A stretch of DNA of 64,000 nucleotides, taken from the IMG/VR virus record IMGVR_UViG_3300024262_000017, positions 58,546-122,545 of that record. One strand, written 5' to 3'. A program made the position numbers and the translations under genes. The notes beneath the pieces are model-generated. The model saw nothing but the letters and a program-made list of their open reading frames with translations, was not told the origin of the DNA and did not search any database. This DNA comes from a virus. This document shows, in pieces, positions 1 through 9,149 of the stretch; positions within the stretch are counted from its first letter, which is position 1, and each line of letters starts with the position of its first letter.

Positions 1-162
1 CAAACCTGTCCAATTCGTTTCAGCAGGTGAGAGCTTACAGCTCTACACATACGGCCTGCTTGGGGATGCAGCGATGCCCAGTGGCATGGTTGCGTGGTTC
101 ACACAGTACCGGTCACATCGAGCAAAGCAAGCTGAACTGCAACCTTAGCTTTACTGAGTAAA

Positions 163-337
163 TACACTTGGCATGACAATGCACTGTCAGGGGTGCGGAA
201 ACCGCACCTGATGTTTCCCCCGTTGACATCCGGGGAAACAGGAGTCCTCCGGCGACCTCGTGCCCACGAACGCAGCTCATGCAGCTCGTCCGTCACAGCT
301 CGATGCCGCGTGCCGATTCGGAATCTTAGCAAGTGTA
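163..337 (+). ncRNA. Candidate retron-like msr-msd unit (variant junction)
   Basis: 8-bp closing IR TACACTTG(163-170)/CAAGTGTA(330-337). G171 follows the 5' arm, then stems TGACA/TGTCA, GGTGCGG-AAA-CCGCACC (192-208) and TGTTTCCCC/GGGGAAACA. The 3' arm is preceded by AG rather than CG. Confidence 0.5.
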
Positions 338-345
338 AGTAGACC

Positions 346-545
346 AGACGAATTAGTTTTATTTCGGTTGTTCGGATGGGCTGTGTTACACAGCCCGATT
401 TTTACCGAAACAATCCGGCGCCGAGCGCTCAAATTTCCAACATAACACTGTCCGACTTCGTCGGAGCACTCGTGTTTTGTTGGAATTTTGAGCAGCACGG
501 ACTTGGATTGTTTCTTTTCCTGCAGTAAAAATTCGTAATTCGTCT
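346..545 (+). ncRNA. Retron-like msr-msd ncRNA unit
   Basis: Perfect 10-bp IR AGACGAATTA(346-355)/TAATTCGTCT(536-545), putative branching G356, CG at 534-535, stem GGGCTGTG-TTA-CACAGCCC (378-396), and a long msd-like hairpin 397-533. Confidence 0.8.
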
Positions 546-2137
546 TAGTCCTCTTTGTCGTAGAACTGCAAATCACCTTGGACTACCTTCATTGCAAGCC
601 ACCCAAATATCATAGCGTGGAGTGCATCGTCTGGGCAGTTCGGAGCATGTTTCCAAATAGTACGGATGGAACCACCCTGACCGGAGTGAGTGCTCTCTTG
701 GTAGAGGTTCATGACATCCTGGATAGGTACAGCAGTCTGGCGAGCATTTGGAAATATGATACCTTGTTTTTTGAGCTGTAACATAAAGGTGTCGATGGAC
801 GCAGTACGGTTCACAAGGTATCGAGTTCCTTGCTTGTTCCAACGAATAAGCTGTGCAAATCCAGAACCACCACCATACTGTGCTTGCCCGACACGATGTT
901 CTCCAAGCCGGTCACGTAAAACAGAGTTTGCAACTGCACCTTCACCAGCATCACCTATGACATAGCGACACTGGCATGCATCAAATATGCGTGCGACCTC
1001 TTCAACATCTTCGATAGAATTTGCCTTGGGGAAAATTCTGAAGTACAGAGTTTTGAGTTTGTAATCTTCGGTCAAACCCCAAACCCAACATGCTGTTCTA
1101 GAGTTCGCACCATGGTCACTGTTGCCAGCCCAGTCAACACCCCCAACTATTGCGCGTATTCCTTGAAGCGTGGTAGGTGGGATGGGAAGTTCAACATAGT
1201 AGTCTTCACAGAGCGTTAGCAATTCTCCTTGAGAAATGAAGCGAGTCCCTGTGTCGTTTGATACTCCGAGTACCTCATTCTTGAATTGAGTTTCTGGGTA
1301 ACTAGCCAACTTCTCTAAAATGCGTTCCCAACGAACAGGTATTTCTACGTTTCTAGGAAGCATAGGTTGAGAAATGTGAAACCCTTTAATCACCGCTTCA
1401 GGATTCATGTCGTACCACTGACCGAGTCTTGGGTTCAGGTACTTTCCACATTTCAAACAAATGATTCCATATCGCCCAATAGACCGTGCATCATCTACGT
1501 AGTTCCACTTGTTGCAGCCTTCGCATTTCATAATCCATTCTGCTTGGGTGCTTTTTTGCCACAGAAACTCGATGGTGTTCTCCATCGACTTTGGTGTTCC
1601 ACAGTAAGCCATCAAAGCATGGTCAGAGTTAGCCATACACTCTTTGACAACTGGGATGACAGCATCGTAAACGATGTCTTGGACTTCATCTATCAATTCC
1701 CGGTCAGCAGTAATACCTCGAATTCTGTCAGGGTCATCCCAAGCATAAGAAAGAGACAGTTCTGAACCATTAGCCAATATCTGTAGCAACACATTGTTTG
1801 GTAAGGAGGAGTCAATAAAGTTGTCTCGAATAAGAGGGCTGTAATGTATCATTTTTGACAAGCGTGTGTTGCTGAACTTGCTTGTTTGCTCTCGCGTTGG
1901 GGAAACATACAGAGTTCGGAAGTGGTCAATTGCAACACTGTCTGTCAGCATGAGGCAAGAACAAGTTGTGCTCTTACTTACCTGCCTCCCAGTTTTCATT
2001 AAGATTTCGCGGGAGTCAGTGTTGTAGACGTCAGCTAAGAATGGGTAGTCGTATAGGTTGTATGGTTTACCATCTAACCAGAACCAGCTTTGTGCAATAT
2101 GTGAACGTGTGTGTTTACCTAAATTGATTTTCGCCAT
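545..2137 (-). CDS. terL: Terminase large subunit, GpA-like
   Basis: Walker A KTGRQVSKST, RIRG..AD..IDEVQD Walker B, GTPK coupling motif, CxxC pair, nuclease GVDW and DDALHA motifs. Confidence 0.88.
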   Translation of the reverse strand: MAKINLGKHTRSHIAQSWFWLDGKPYNLYDYPFLADVYNTDSREILMKTGRQVSKSTTCSCLMLTDSVAIDHFRTLYVSPTREQTSKFSNTRLSKMIHYSPLIRDNFIDSSLPNNVLLQILANGSELSLSYAWDDPDRIRGITADRELIDEVQDIVYDAVIPVVKECMANSDHALMAYCGTPKSMENTIEFLWQKSTQAEWIMKCEGCNKWNYVDDARSIGRYGIICLKCGKYLNPRLGQWYDMNPEAVIKGFHISQPMLPRNVEIPVRWERILEKLASYPETQFKNEVLGVSNDTGTRFISQGELLTLCEDYYVELPIPPTTLQGIRAIVGGVDWAGNSDHGANSRTACWVWGLTEDYKLKTLYFRIFPKANSIEDVEEVARIFDACQCRYVIGDAGEGAVANSVLRDRLGEHRVGQAQYGGGSGFAQLIRWNKQGTRYLVNRTASIDTFMLQLKKQGIIFPNARQTAVPIQDVMNLYQESTHSGQGGSIRTIWKHAPNCPDDALHAMIFGWLAMKVVQGDLQFYDKED

Positions 2138-2164
2138 AACCCACCTATTATAAGGAGTGTTTGG

Positions 2165-3403
2165 ATGTCACCACAAGAACAATCGCAAGGAGACACTTTA
2201 GACTTTGCCAAGAATCTTGGTATCCTCACTGCTACACTGCGAACCGCCCGATCAGTTGTTGAAATGGCTTTCAAAAGTAAGCATGTACCCTGTCTCGTTG
2301 GAGAGGCCGGCATAGGTAAGACTGCAATCTATGGACAAATCGCTGCTGACAACGACTGGGGTATCCTGTATTACTACCTGGCCCACAGTGAACCTGAAGA
2401 CATTGTTGGTGTTCCCGTGCCAGACCAAAAAGGTGGAACCTTTCAGTATTACATTGAAAAACGAATTCACGACATCATTTATTCCAAGCGTCCGACCATC
2501 GTAGTTTTCGACGAATGGAATCGTGGAGATAAGCCTGTAACCAATGCGGCATTCCCTGCAATGGAATCCCGCCGCCTGGGTAGCATTGACTTGCCTGACC
2601 ACATTTTCATTGGGGCAGCTATGAACCCCAGCGAAGGTACTTACTTCGTAAACGAGGCTGAAAAGGATCCTGCTTTCCGGAGACGTATGTGTTTCGTTGG
2701 GATTCGTGCTGACAAAAATGTGTGGTTGGATTGGGCACGAGGACGTGGAGAAATTCATCCGACTGTTATTGATTTCATCAATCGACAAGACCATGCTACC
2801 TTGCTCGATACCCAATCCAGGGATGCAGGGAAAACTTATGCTTGTCCTGCCAGCTGGGAAAAGATCAGCGACACCATCAAAATAGTTGAGACCATGGTCG
2901 TTGAAGACCACGCTCGTTGGGAAGAACTTTACCCAGTAATGCGTGTGAAGATGGCTGGGCATATTGGTGATGGTCTTTCCAGTGAGTTCCTGGCATTCCA
3001 TCAAAACAACCTCGTTCTGGTCAACCCAAACGATGTGCTCACGGCGTACAATGCTCGGTCGAGAAGCCAGATTCTTGAGTTGGTTAATCAAAATAACCAC
3101 CCTGCTCTCACTCGGGCAGCCGACGCAGTCAGTACGGCTATTGCGTCTAGCACCTTTGAACCGGAAGACATTGTTGAAAACATCAGCGACTTTGCAAACG
3201 ACCTTCCCCATGATATTTCTGGTGCGTTCTTCCGGAAGATTTCACAAGCAATGAAAGAAGCTGCTGATGAAGACCGTCGTGTTCGTATGACACGAGCCCT
3301 GGGAAAGTGTCCTGCGTTCAAGGAATCCTTCTTGACTATTACATCGTCATTCGAACGAACTGAGGGTGACCGTGCAAAGGAACAGGAAACCAAAGGAAAC
3401 TAG
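2165..3403 (+). CDS. MoxR-like AAA+ ATPase
   Basis: GEAGIGKT Walker A, VVFDEWNR Walker B, AAMNP sensor, DPAFRRR arginine finger, SD AAGGAG. Confidence 0.88.
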   Translation: MSPQEQSQGDTLDFAKNLGILTATLRTARSVVEMAFKSKHVPCLVGEAGIGKTAIYGQIAADNDWGILYYYLAHSEPEDIVGVPVPDQKGGTFQYYIEKRIHDIIYSKRPTIVVFDEWNRGDKPVTNAAFPAMESRRLGSIDLPDHIFIGAAMNPSEGTYFVNEAEKDPAFRRRMCFVGIRADKNVWLDWARGRGEIHPTVIDFINRQDHATLLDTQSRDAGKTYACPASWEKISDTIKIVETMVVEDHARWEELYPVMRVKMAGHIGDGLSSEFLAFHQNNLVLVNPNDVLTAYNARSRSQILELVNQNNHPALTRAADAVSTAIASSTFEPEDIVENISDFANDLPHDISGAFFRKISQAMKEAADEDRRVRMTRALGKCPAFKESFLTITSSFERTEGDRAKEQETKGN

Positions 3404-4056
3404 GCGAGGGTTGACAATTCATTTTTGAGTTGCCGTGCCATCCTTTCAACATACAGGTGCACAGCACTCAAGTAACCAATCTGAACATCGAGGGGGGTCT
3501 CGGCAAGTTTTAATTCTTTCAGTTTTGACTTGTCGAGCCCTTCCCATCGTTTGCGAATTTGTTCTTTCAGTTCGATGTTTCCTTGGTTCAACTTATCAAG
3601 TTCATCTTGAGCGAAGGAAAGTAACTCCGGGGCAAGCACATAGCCTGTTCGATGCATACTGACAGCAGCATAGCGTTCAGGCTCATGGTCAAATTCGCCT
3701 GCTTCCTGCAGTTGGCGATTCAACAAAAGCTTAGCCTCAAAGACGGCCCAGGAAAGTTGTGCAGGTGATGCTTCTTGGATAGCGTCAGTCATAACAGGTA
3801 GATCATTGAATGCCATTGCTGTGTTTTCAAACATCGCAGCATCCCAATAGAATCCACCTGTTTGAATGAGTGTAGTTGCAGCCATTAGCTTGTCTCGGTT
3901 TACAGTGTCCATATTAATTTTGTTATCATCGAGTTCAAGCCAAATAGATTCAGGTTCCCAAGCAAGGAAAGACGGCCCCAGCAATTGCTTGGCTGCTTCA
4001 AAAATCGCTGTAGCAGTGGCATCCTCTTTCGTGAGGATTTCACGCGGCGAGGACAT
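3400..4056 (-). CDS. Hypothetical protein, probably virion morphogenesis
   Basis: 218-aa ORF tightly packed in a minus-strand operon upstream of terL. Confidence 0.7.
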   Translation of the reverse strand: MSSPREILTKEDATATAIFEAAKQLLGPSFLAWEPESIWLELDDNKINMDTVNRDKLMAATTLIQTGGFYWDAAMFENTAMAFNDLPVMTDAIQEASPAQLSWAVFEAKLLLNRQLQEAGEFDHEPERYAAVSMHRTGYVLAPELLSFAQDELDKLNQGNIELKEQIRKRWEGLDKSKLKELKLAETPLDVQIGYLSAVHLYVERMARQLKNELSTLA

Positions 4057-4058
4057 TA

Positions 4059-4523
4059 TTAGTAAGACCCCTCGCTATACTGTGGCGGGTACTGCGTTCC
4101 GTATTGTTGAGCACCAGGGTAATAGTCTGCTTCAGGGATTCCTTCAGGAGATGGGGGGAAAGAAGCCATACCTCCATCACCCGGGGTGAGACCAAACCCT
4201 CCACCGCCACCCATACCTGACAGACTCTGTGTCAAGCCTGTCATCAGTTCCTGGTTTCCTAGCAGACCTTTTGCAGTGTCACCCACACGTTGTAGCACGG
4301 AAGGATCATCTTCACGTGGATAAGCAGCAAGCCCTGCACCAAGGCCGGCAAGCCCTACACCACCGCCTAAGAGAGCTTTCTTTGCAGGAGACATATTTTT
4401 GAGGCCCGTCCATGCTCGACTTAGAAAACCTGCTTTGCCGCCCGCAGCTTCCTTATTCATGTCGGACAACCCAGCTTCTTCAAAAGCCGCTTGAACACCA
4501 AGTTGATACGCTACCTTGAGCAT
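4059..4523 (-). CDS. Gly-rich protein of the AYxxG-leader family (putative internal head protein)
   Basis: Likely start MLKVAYQLGVQAAFEEAGL...NKEAA, followed by Gly-zipper GGGVGLAGLGAGLAAY. Confidence 0.75.
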   Translation of the reverse strand: MLKVAYQLGVQAAFEEAGLSDMNKEAAGGKAGFLSRAWTGLKNMSPAKKALLGGGVGLAGLGAGLAAYPREDDPSVLQRVGDTAKGLLGNQELMTGLTQSLSGMGGGGGFGLTPGDGGMASFPPSPEGIPEADYYPGAQQYGTQYPPQYSEGSY

Positions 4524-4524
4524 C

Positions 4525-5517
4525 TCAGACTCCCTGCGCCAAGAGCGCTTTTTGCAAATCAAATGGGATGGTAGGCCAGATAACTTTGAACTGCTCTGGG
4601 TCTACTTCTCCATTACCATCCAAGAATTCTGCCGCGAGGTCATCACCTACGAGGTCTTTGTAGATGTCACCGTCGATGGCCAGGAGCCGGTCCAGGGGTA
4701 CTTGCTGACCGGCTACCTCCATCATCTCATCGGCCACCTTGTCAGTATTGAAAACCGTGCTGAGGGGGTCTAAGAGAGTCCGGTCGTAGTACTTGCCGAG
4801 GCCAGCTGCTTCATCCAACTCATGTATCGCAGCAGCAACTTTGATAAGGTCACTACGGTCAGAAATAAACCGCGGCAATTGATGAGCCTCTTCGGCTAAC
4901 TTCGTGTATCCGTAGTGAAGAGCAGGGTCTGTGGTGCGTTCACTGCGAGCCAGCACCCAGTCCCGCAAGACCCGAGTGTCACACATGGTCGTACCTGCGA
5001 ACTTCAAAATCTGAGTAGGTAATTTGACTTCATGTGCAACAGCCTTTTTGACAAGGTTGAGGCTTGCCTTGGCACGACTGTCAATGTCCATGCTCTTGTA
5101 ATTTCGCTGGATGGCTTCTGCAGCGTTCGTTACATCAGACGCAGTTTTGACGCGCAGGCGCCGAATGTCTGGCAACAGATAGTCCTCTGAGTCATCCGCG
5201 GCAACCTTCTCAACGGCTGAAAGGTCTAAGGAAATCCCAAACAATTCCAATGCTTTGTCACAGGTTGCAATGACACTCTGTTCTACACCGGCTTGCTTCT
5301 CCATATAGAGACGAGACAACGCAGCATGTCCTGGGGTGTCGATGGGGAATTTTCGATTGATGCTGTCTGCGAACTGAGAATCAGCCCGCTTCTCGTTTTC
5401 TTCTGGGCTCATCTCAGCAGTCTTGATGTGCTCGACTGCCTGGGGGTACTCGTGAATGAGCCGATTTAATTGAAGAAAACTGGAATCGGAGAATTGGTCA
5501 GTCACAATGTATTCCAC
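4525..5517 (-). CDS. K-x-A-motif-rich protein, putative head scaffold/core protein
   Basis: GTG start with SD GGAGG. Contains IKTA, EKQA, EKVA, VKTA, TKLA, IKVA and DKVA motifs. Confidence 0.7.
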   Translation of the reverse strand: MEYIVTDQFSDSSFLQLNRLIHEYPQAVEHIKTAEMSPEENEKRADSQFADSINRKFPIDTPGHAALSRLYMEKQAGVEQSVIATCDKALELFGISLDLSAVEKVAADDSEDYLLPDIRRLRVKTASDVTNAAEAIQRNYKSMDIDSRAKASLNLVKKAVAHEVKLPTQILKFAGTTMCDTRVLRDWVLARSERTTDPALHYGYTKLAEEAHQLPRFISDRSDLIKVAAAIHELDEAAGLGKYYDRTLLDPLSTVFNTDKVADEMMEVAGQQVPLDRLLAIDGDIYKDLVGDDLAAEFLDGNGEVDPEQFKVIWPTIPFDLQKALLAQGV

Positions 5518-5609
5518 GTTAGAACCTCCACCGGGGGTGATACCGAACTTATAGAATAATATGGCATAACGCCCAAAGGAACAAGCAGATTTTGCAAAAG
5601 GAGAGAAAA

Positions 5610-7343
5610 GTGGACTCGTCCATGACCGATGTATTCTGTTACCTCATGTCCAGCCGGGTGCAAGACCTCTGTGGACGCATTCTCTCAGCCCTGGAGCGCC
5701 GAGAAAGCCACGAAGTTTCGATGATGGCTGTAGGGGTGCACAACAGGCACTACGTCCTGCTCTACAACCCTGCTTGGGTTGCAAAAGCACACTACGAAGA
5801 CGTGGTTGCCACCATTAGACACGAGGCTTACCATGTAATCCTCGAACATATCCCTCGACAACTGGAAGCTGAGGCAACCATAACTGCAAGTGGAGATATG
5901 AAGGCCGCGAGTATCTTCCGTAAAGTGACACCCTTTGCTTGTGATATGGCTGCAAATTCACTCCTCATTGACGCTTCAGACAATGAGTACATGCGTGAGC
6001 ATAGACACGAATGGGTGCTCCCAGGCTTTGGTAAGTTCACGAGCATGTCACCAAAGCAGACAATTGAATACTACATCCGAAAACTTACAGAGGATATTCA
6101 AAATCAAAAAAAAGATGACAGAATCGAACAAGCCATAAACGACATTCTAAGCAGTATAGGTTTCGGGCAGAGTAAAAACAACAGTGACATGTTTGAAGAC
6201 GCCCGAGACCAGGAGAGTTCCAAAAAGGAAAAAGGAGACAGCAGTAAAAAAGGTGAAGGTGAAGGTGAAGGTGAAGGTGAAGGTGAAGGTGAAGGTGAAG
6301 GTGAAGGTGAAGGTGAAGGTGAAGGTGAAGGTGAAGGTGAAGGTGAAGGTGAAGGTGAAGGTGAAGATGAAGGTGAAGGTGAAGGTGAAGGTGAAGGTGA
6401 AGGTGAAGGTGAAGGTGAAGGTGAAGGTGAAGGTGAAGGTGAAGGTGAAGGTAAGGGCAAAGGTAAGGGCAAAGGTAAGGGCAAAGGTAAGGGCAAAGGT
6501 AAAGACAAGGAAAAAGGAGAAGAGAGTGAAGAAGATGATGCCAACGGTTCTTCGGGTGAGTCAAAGTCTAAAGATAAGGACACACCGTCAGGTATAGGGT
6601 TTGACTTGCTGAAAAACCATGAAGATTGGAACACAGAAAACTTAGATGAGCCCCCGGAAAGCAAGAGCAACCTTGCAGATGAACTTCGATATCAAGGTAA
6701 GGCAATCATTAAACACGCTGTTGCTGAGCACAGCAAAGGCTGTGGAACAATGCCGGCTGGTATGGGAGAAGTAATCCGTGAACTGCTTAAAGAACCCCAA
6801 GTTCCCTGGACTCGAATTTTCAGAAACATAGTTGCATCTGCCAGGAGCACGACACGACGTCGGTCAATTGGTCGCCCGAATCGTCGACACATTGCAGTGC
6901 CTGGGCTGGCTGCTTTTCCTGGAAAGAAAAAGAATCGTACGTTTCATATTGCTTTTTGCATTGATACGTCCGGTTCAATGGGTAGTGCTGAATTGGAAAT
7001 GGGCCTCAATGAACTACGAGGTATGCGCAAGATTGACAAAGACATGCGCGTCACTGTTATCGAGGCTGATGCTGCAGTGGAGCGTGTGTACGAGCTCGGA
7101 GATGAGCATGCAGCAATCAAGTACTCGGTACAAGGCCGTGGTGGTACGTCCTTCGACCCAGCACTTCTTCATGTTCAAACGCTTCAACCAAAGGCAGATG
7201 CGGTCTTCTATTTCACCGATGGTTATGCACCACCGCCGGCTAAGGAAAGTCGTGTCCCGTGTTTGTTTGCATGGATCATCACACCCCGAGGAACTGTTCC
7301 TGGTGAATGGGGTTTGTCTATCAAAACGAAACCGTACCTCTAG
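5610..7343 (+). CDS. DUF2201-like metallopeptidase + VWA domain protein (MoxR partner)
   Basis: HEAYH zincin motif, MIDAS DTSGS, GGT and FTDG motifs, long GE/GK linker. Likely GTG start after AAGGAG. Confidence 0.85.
   Translation: MDSSMTDVFCYLMSSRVQDLCGRILSALERRESHEVSMMAVGVHNRHYVLLYNPAWVAKAHYEDVVATIRHEAYHVILEHIPRQLEAEATITASGDMKAASIFRKVTPFACDMAANSLLIDASDNEYMREHRHEWVLPGFGKFTSMSPKQTIEYYIRKLTEDIQNQKKDDRIEQAINDILSSIGFGQSKNNSDMFEDARDQESSKKEKGDSSKKGEGEGEGEGEGEGEGEGEGEGEGEGEGEGEGEGEGEGEDEGEGEGEGEGEGEGEGEGEGEGEGEGEGKGKGKGKGKGKGKGKGKDKEKGEESEEDDANGSSGESKSKDKDTPSGIGFDLLKNHEDWNTENLDEPPESKSNLADELRYQGKAIIKHAVAEHSKGCGTMPAGMGEVIRELLKEPQVPWTRIFRNIVASARSTTRRRSIGRPNRRHIAVPGLAAFPGKKKNRTFHIAFCIDTSGSMGSAELEMGLNELRGMRKIDKDMRVTVIEADAAVERVYELGDEHAAIKYSVQGRGGTSFDPALLHVQTLQPKADAVFYFTDGYAPPPAKESRVPCLFAWIITPRGTVPGEWGLSIKTKPYL
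6252..6503 (+). repeat. In-frame microsatellite (GGTGAA)x33 then (GGTAAGGGCAAA)x4
   Basis: Directly visible, with one GATGAA variant. Encodes (GE)n(GK)n. Confidence 0.97.
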
Positions 7344-7351
7344 GAGAAACA

Positions 7352-8131
7352 ATGACGCGTGTAAAACAAGCGATTGTGCTTCGAGTGCATCGCAACGTCG
7401 CTGGCATGTCCTTTCCTTGGGACTGTGTCTACTTTTTTCGACGTTCGGAGGAGACACTCCTCCCGAAAATATTTCCCTGTTCATTGGTGGTAAGCCTAAC
7501 TAAACCTTTTACTCGGCTTATAAGACGCGCAGTTGATAACCCTCGGGGAGACAAAGAAGTAAATCGAGCATACCCACAACATAGAAAAGATGAACACCAA
7601 CTGACAGAACGTGCTAACCGTGTAGGTAACTCACCCATTGATACCGTGTTAAACAACCCAAAAGATTATGTTGCACTCATCCCTACACTGCATCTACGTG
7701 GCGACAGTGCTAAAGGTAGAACTGGGCCTGCTTACTTGGTAGCCAAGCCCCGTGCACGAGCAATGAACTCCACATCTACTGTTGCCAAAAAGAATAAGCA
7801 CGGAAAGATAGTCAATACCGAAAGAGGAAAATTCACTTCAAGCCAGGCTATTAGACACAACATACTGAAAAAGTTAATGGGGGAGTCAGTAACAAATAGC
7901 TCATACTTTTTGTATTACGGTGAAAAGATTCAACCCGTCTGTCTGTGTTGTCCAAACAACCTGGATTTTCTGGATGGGAAATGTACCTTCGGTGAAGCCA
8001 GGTGTTACCTAGCACTTGACCAAGCAAAGCGTGGGGATTTCATTGAAGCCCTACACACCTACAAAGAATTGATTCAAGACCGAGAAGAACCGGAGGTATC
8101 CGATGAGCAGTTACCACGGAACGCGGTCTGA
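7352..8131 (+). CDS. Hypothetical protein upstream of RT, with C-terminal Cys cluster
   Basis: SD AGGAG. CLCC..C..C motif. Overlaps the RT start by 29 nt. Confidence 0.75.
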   Translation: MTRVKQAIVLRVHRNVAGMSFPWDCVYFFRRSEETLLPKIFPCSLVVSLTKPFTRLIRRAVDNPRGDKEVNRAYPQHRKDEHQLTERANRVGNSPIDTVLNNPKDYVALIPTLHLRGDSAKGRTGPAYLVAKPRARAMNSTSTVAKKNKHGKIVNTERGKFTSSQAIRHNILKKLMGESVTNSSYFLYYGEKIQPVCLCCPNNLDFLDGKCTFGEARCYLALDQAKRGDFIEALHTYKELIQDREEPEVSDEQLPRNAV

Positions 8132-9149
8132 CCTGGTTGAGTTTCCACAACAGATTAAATATGATTTACCCTTAGCAATCTGTGACAGGTCACTCGCGTA
8201 TCACTTAGGCATTCACAACCGCACTCTATGGTTTTGTGTGCTCAAGAAGAATAAGCTCTACACGTTATTCTCCCTTGAAAAGCGTGGCCGCGGAGGCGGT
8301 CGCAGAGGGATTCAGAATCCAGACAAGCGCCTCAAGAAAATTCAAAGTGTATTCCTTGTTCGTTTCCTGAACAACATCCCTGTGGGTGACCATGTGGGTG
8401 CTTACATTCAAGGTCGCAGTTGCTTAGACACAGCCAAGCAGCATGTAAAAAGTTCAGTCATTGTTTCCATGGACATCAAGGATTTTTTCCCATCTGTTCA
8501 ACGAGCAATGATACGAAGATACTTTCTGAGCATTGGGTATGGTTACCGGGTAGCTAGTCTCATGGCTGACTTGGTAACTTACAAGAACTTCCTTCCTCAG
8601 GGAGCTCCAACTTCAGGCATGGTTGCAAATTTGGTTGCAGATTGGAAGTTTGACCAACCAATCATGCGGGACTTGAAACGCTTAGATCCTCAGTGGCGTT
8701 ACACACGCTACTCAGATGACATCGACGTTTCTCATCCTGAAAAGCAAACACGAGAACGAGTGTTGGAAGTAGTGAACATTGTACGGGCTCGGGTGTCTGC
8801 AGCAGGTTTTCGTATCAATGAACAAAAGACAAAGCTGGAGCCTTATTGGAATCGGCAGAAAGTTCTCGGGGTTGTCGTCAATGAAAAGCCTAACGTTCCA
8901 CGCATTGAGTACATGCGTACCAAGGCAATCATACACAACTGTACTGTCAATGGTTTTGTATCTCAATTTAGAAGAGCCAAAAAGACAAGTGCAGCAGCAC
9001 TGATTTCTCACATACGCGGGAAGCTTGCTTACTTCAAGTCAATTGACAAACTCAAAGCAGAAAAGCTGAAGCGTAAATTTGATATTGCTTTAGAACTCCA
9101 CATAGAAGAATCGAAAGACGAGGTGGACTTTGGTACAACTAACGCTTGA
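8103..9149 (+). CDS. Retron-type reverse transcriptase
   Basis: MDIKDFFPS, LPQGAPTS, catalytic YTRYSDD, region-X-like TAKQH (NAxxH), region-Y-like RQKVLGVVVN (VTG). 348 aa with no maturase or endonuclease extension. Confidence 0.92.
   Translation: MSSYHGTRSDLVEFPQQIKYDLPLAICDRSLAYHLGIHNRTLWFCVLKKNKLYTLFSLEKRGRGGGRRGIQNPDKRLKKIQSVFLVRFLNNIPVGDHVGAYIQGRSCLDTAKQHVKSSVIVSMDIKDFFPSVQRAMIRRYFLSIGYGYRVASLMADLVTYKNFLPQGAPTSGMVANLVADWKFDQPIMRDLKRLDPQWRYTRYSDDIDVSHPEKQTRERVLEVVNIVRARVSAAGFRINEQKTKLEPYWNRQKVLGVVVNEKPNVPRIEYMRTKAIIHNCTVNGFVSQFRRAKKTSAAALISHIRGKLAYFKSIDKLKAEKLKRKFDIALELHIEESKDEVDFGTTNA

Noticed and set aside
6085-6670. Alternative-frame ORFs (poly-VK, poly-LH, poly-PS), or the GGTGAA repeat as an RT-synthesised product
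   Set aside because: These are shadow ORFs created by a stop-free microsatellite. I found no template for GGTGAA in the ncRNA units, and replication slippage is sufficient to explain it.
7900-8103. Canonical msr-msd immediately upstream of the RT
   Set aside because: The region is coding (ORF 7352-8131) and I found no closing IR with the TA-G...CG-TA junction there.
8103-9149. RT as a group II intron, DGR or CRISPR-associated RT
   Set aside because: No maturase/endonuclease or Cas1 fusion, no intron domain V/VI seen, and no TR/VR pair differing at adenines noticed. The motifs (NAxxH-like, VTG-like, LPQGAPTS) fit retrons.
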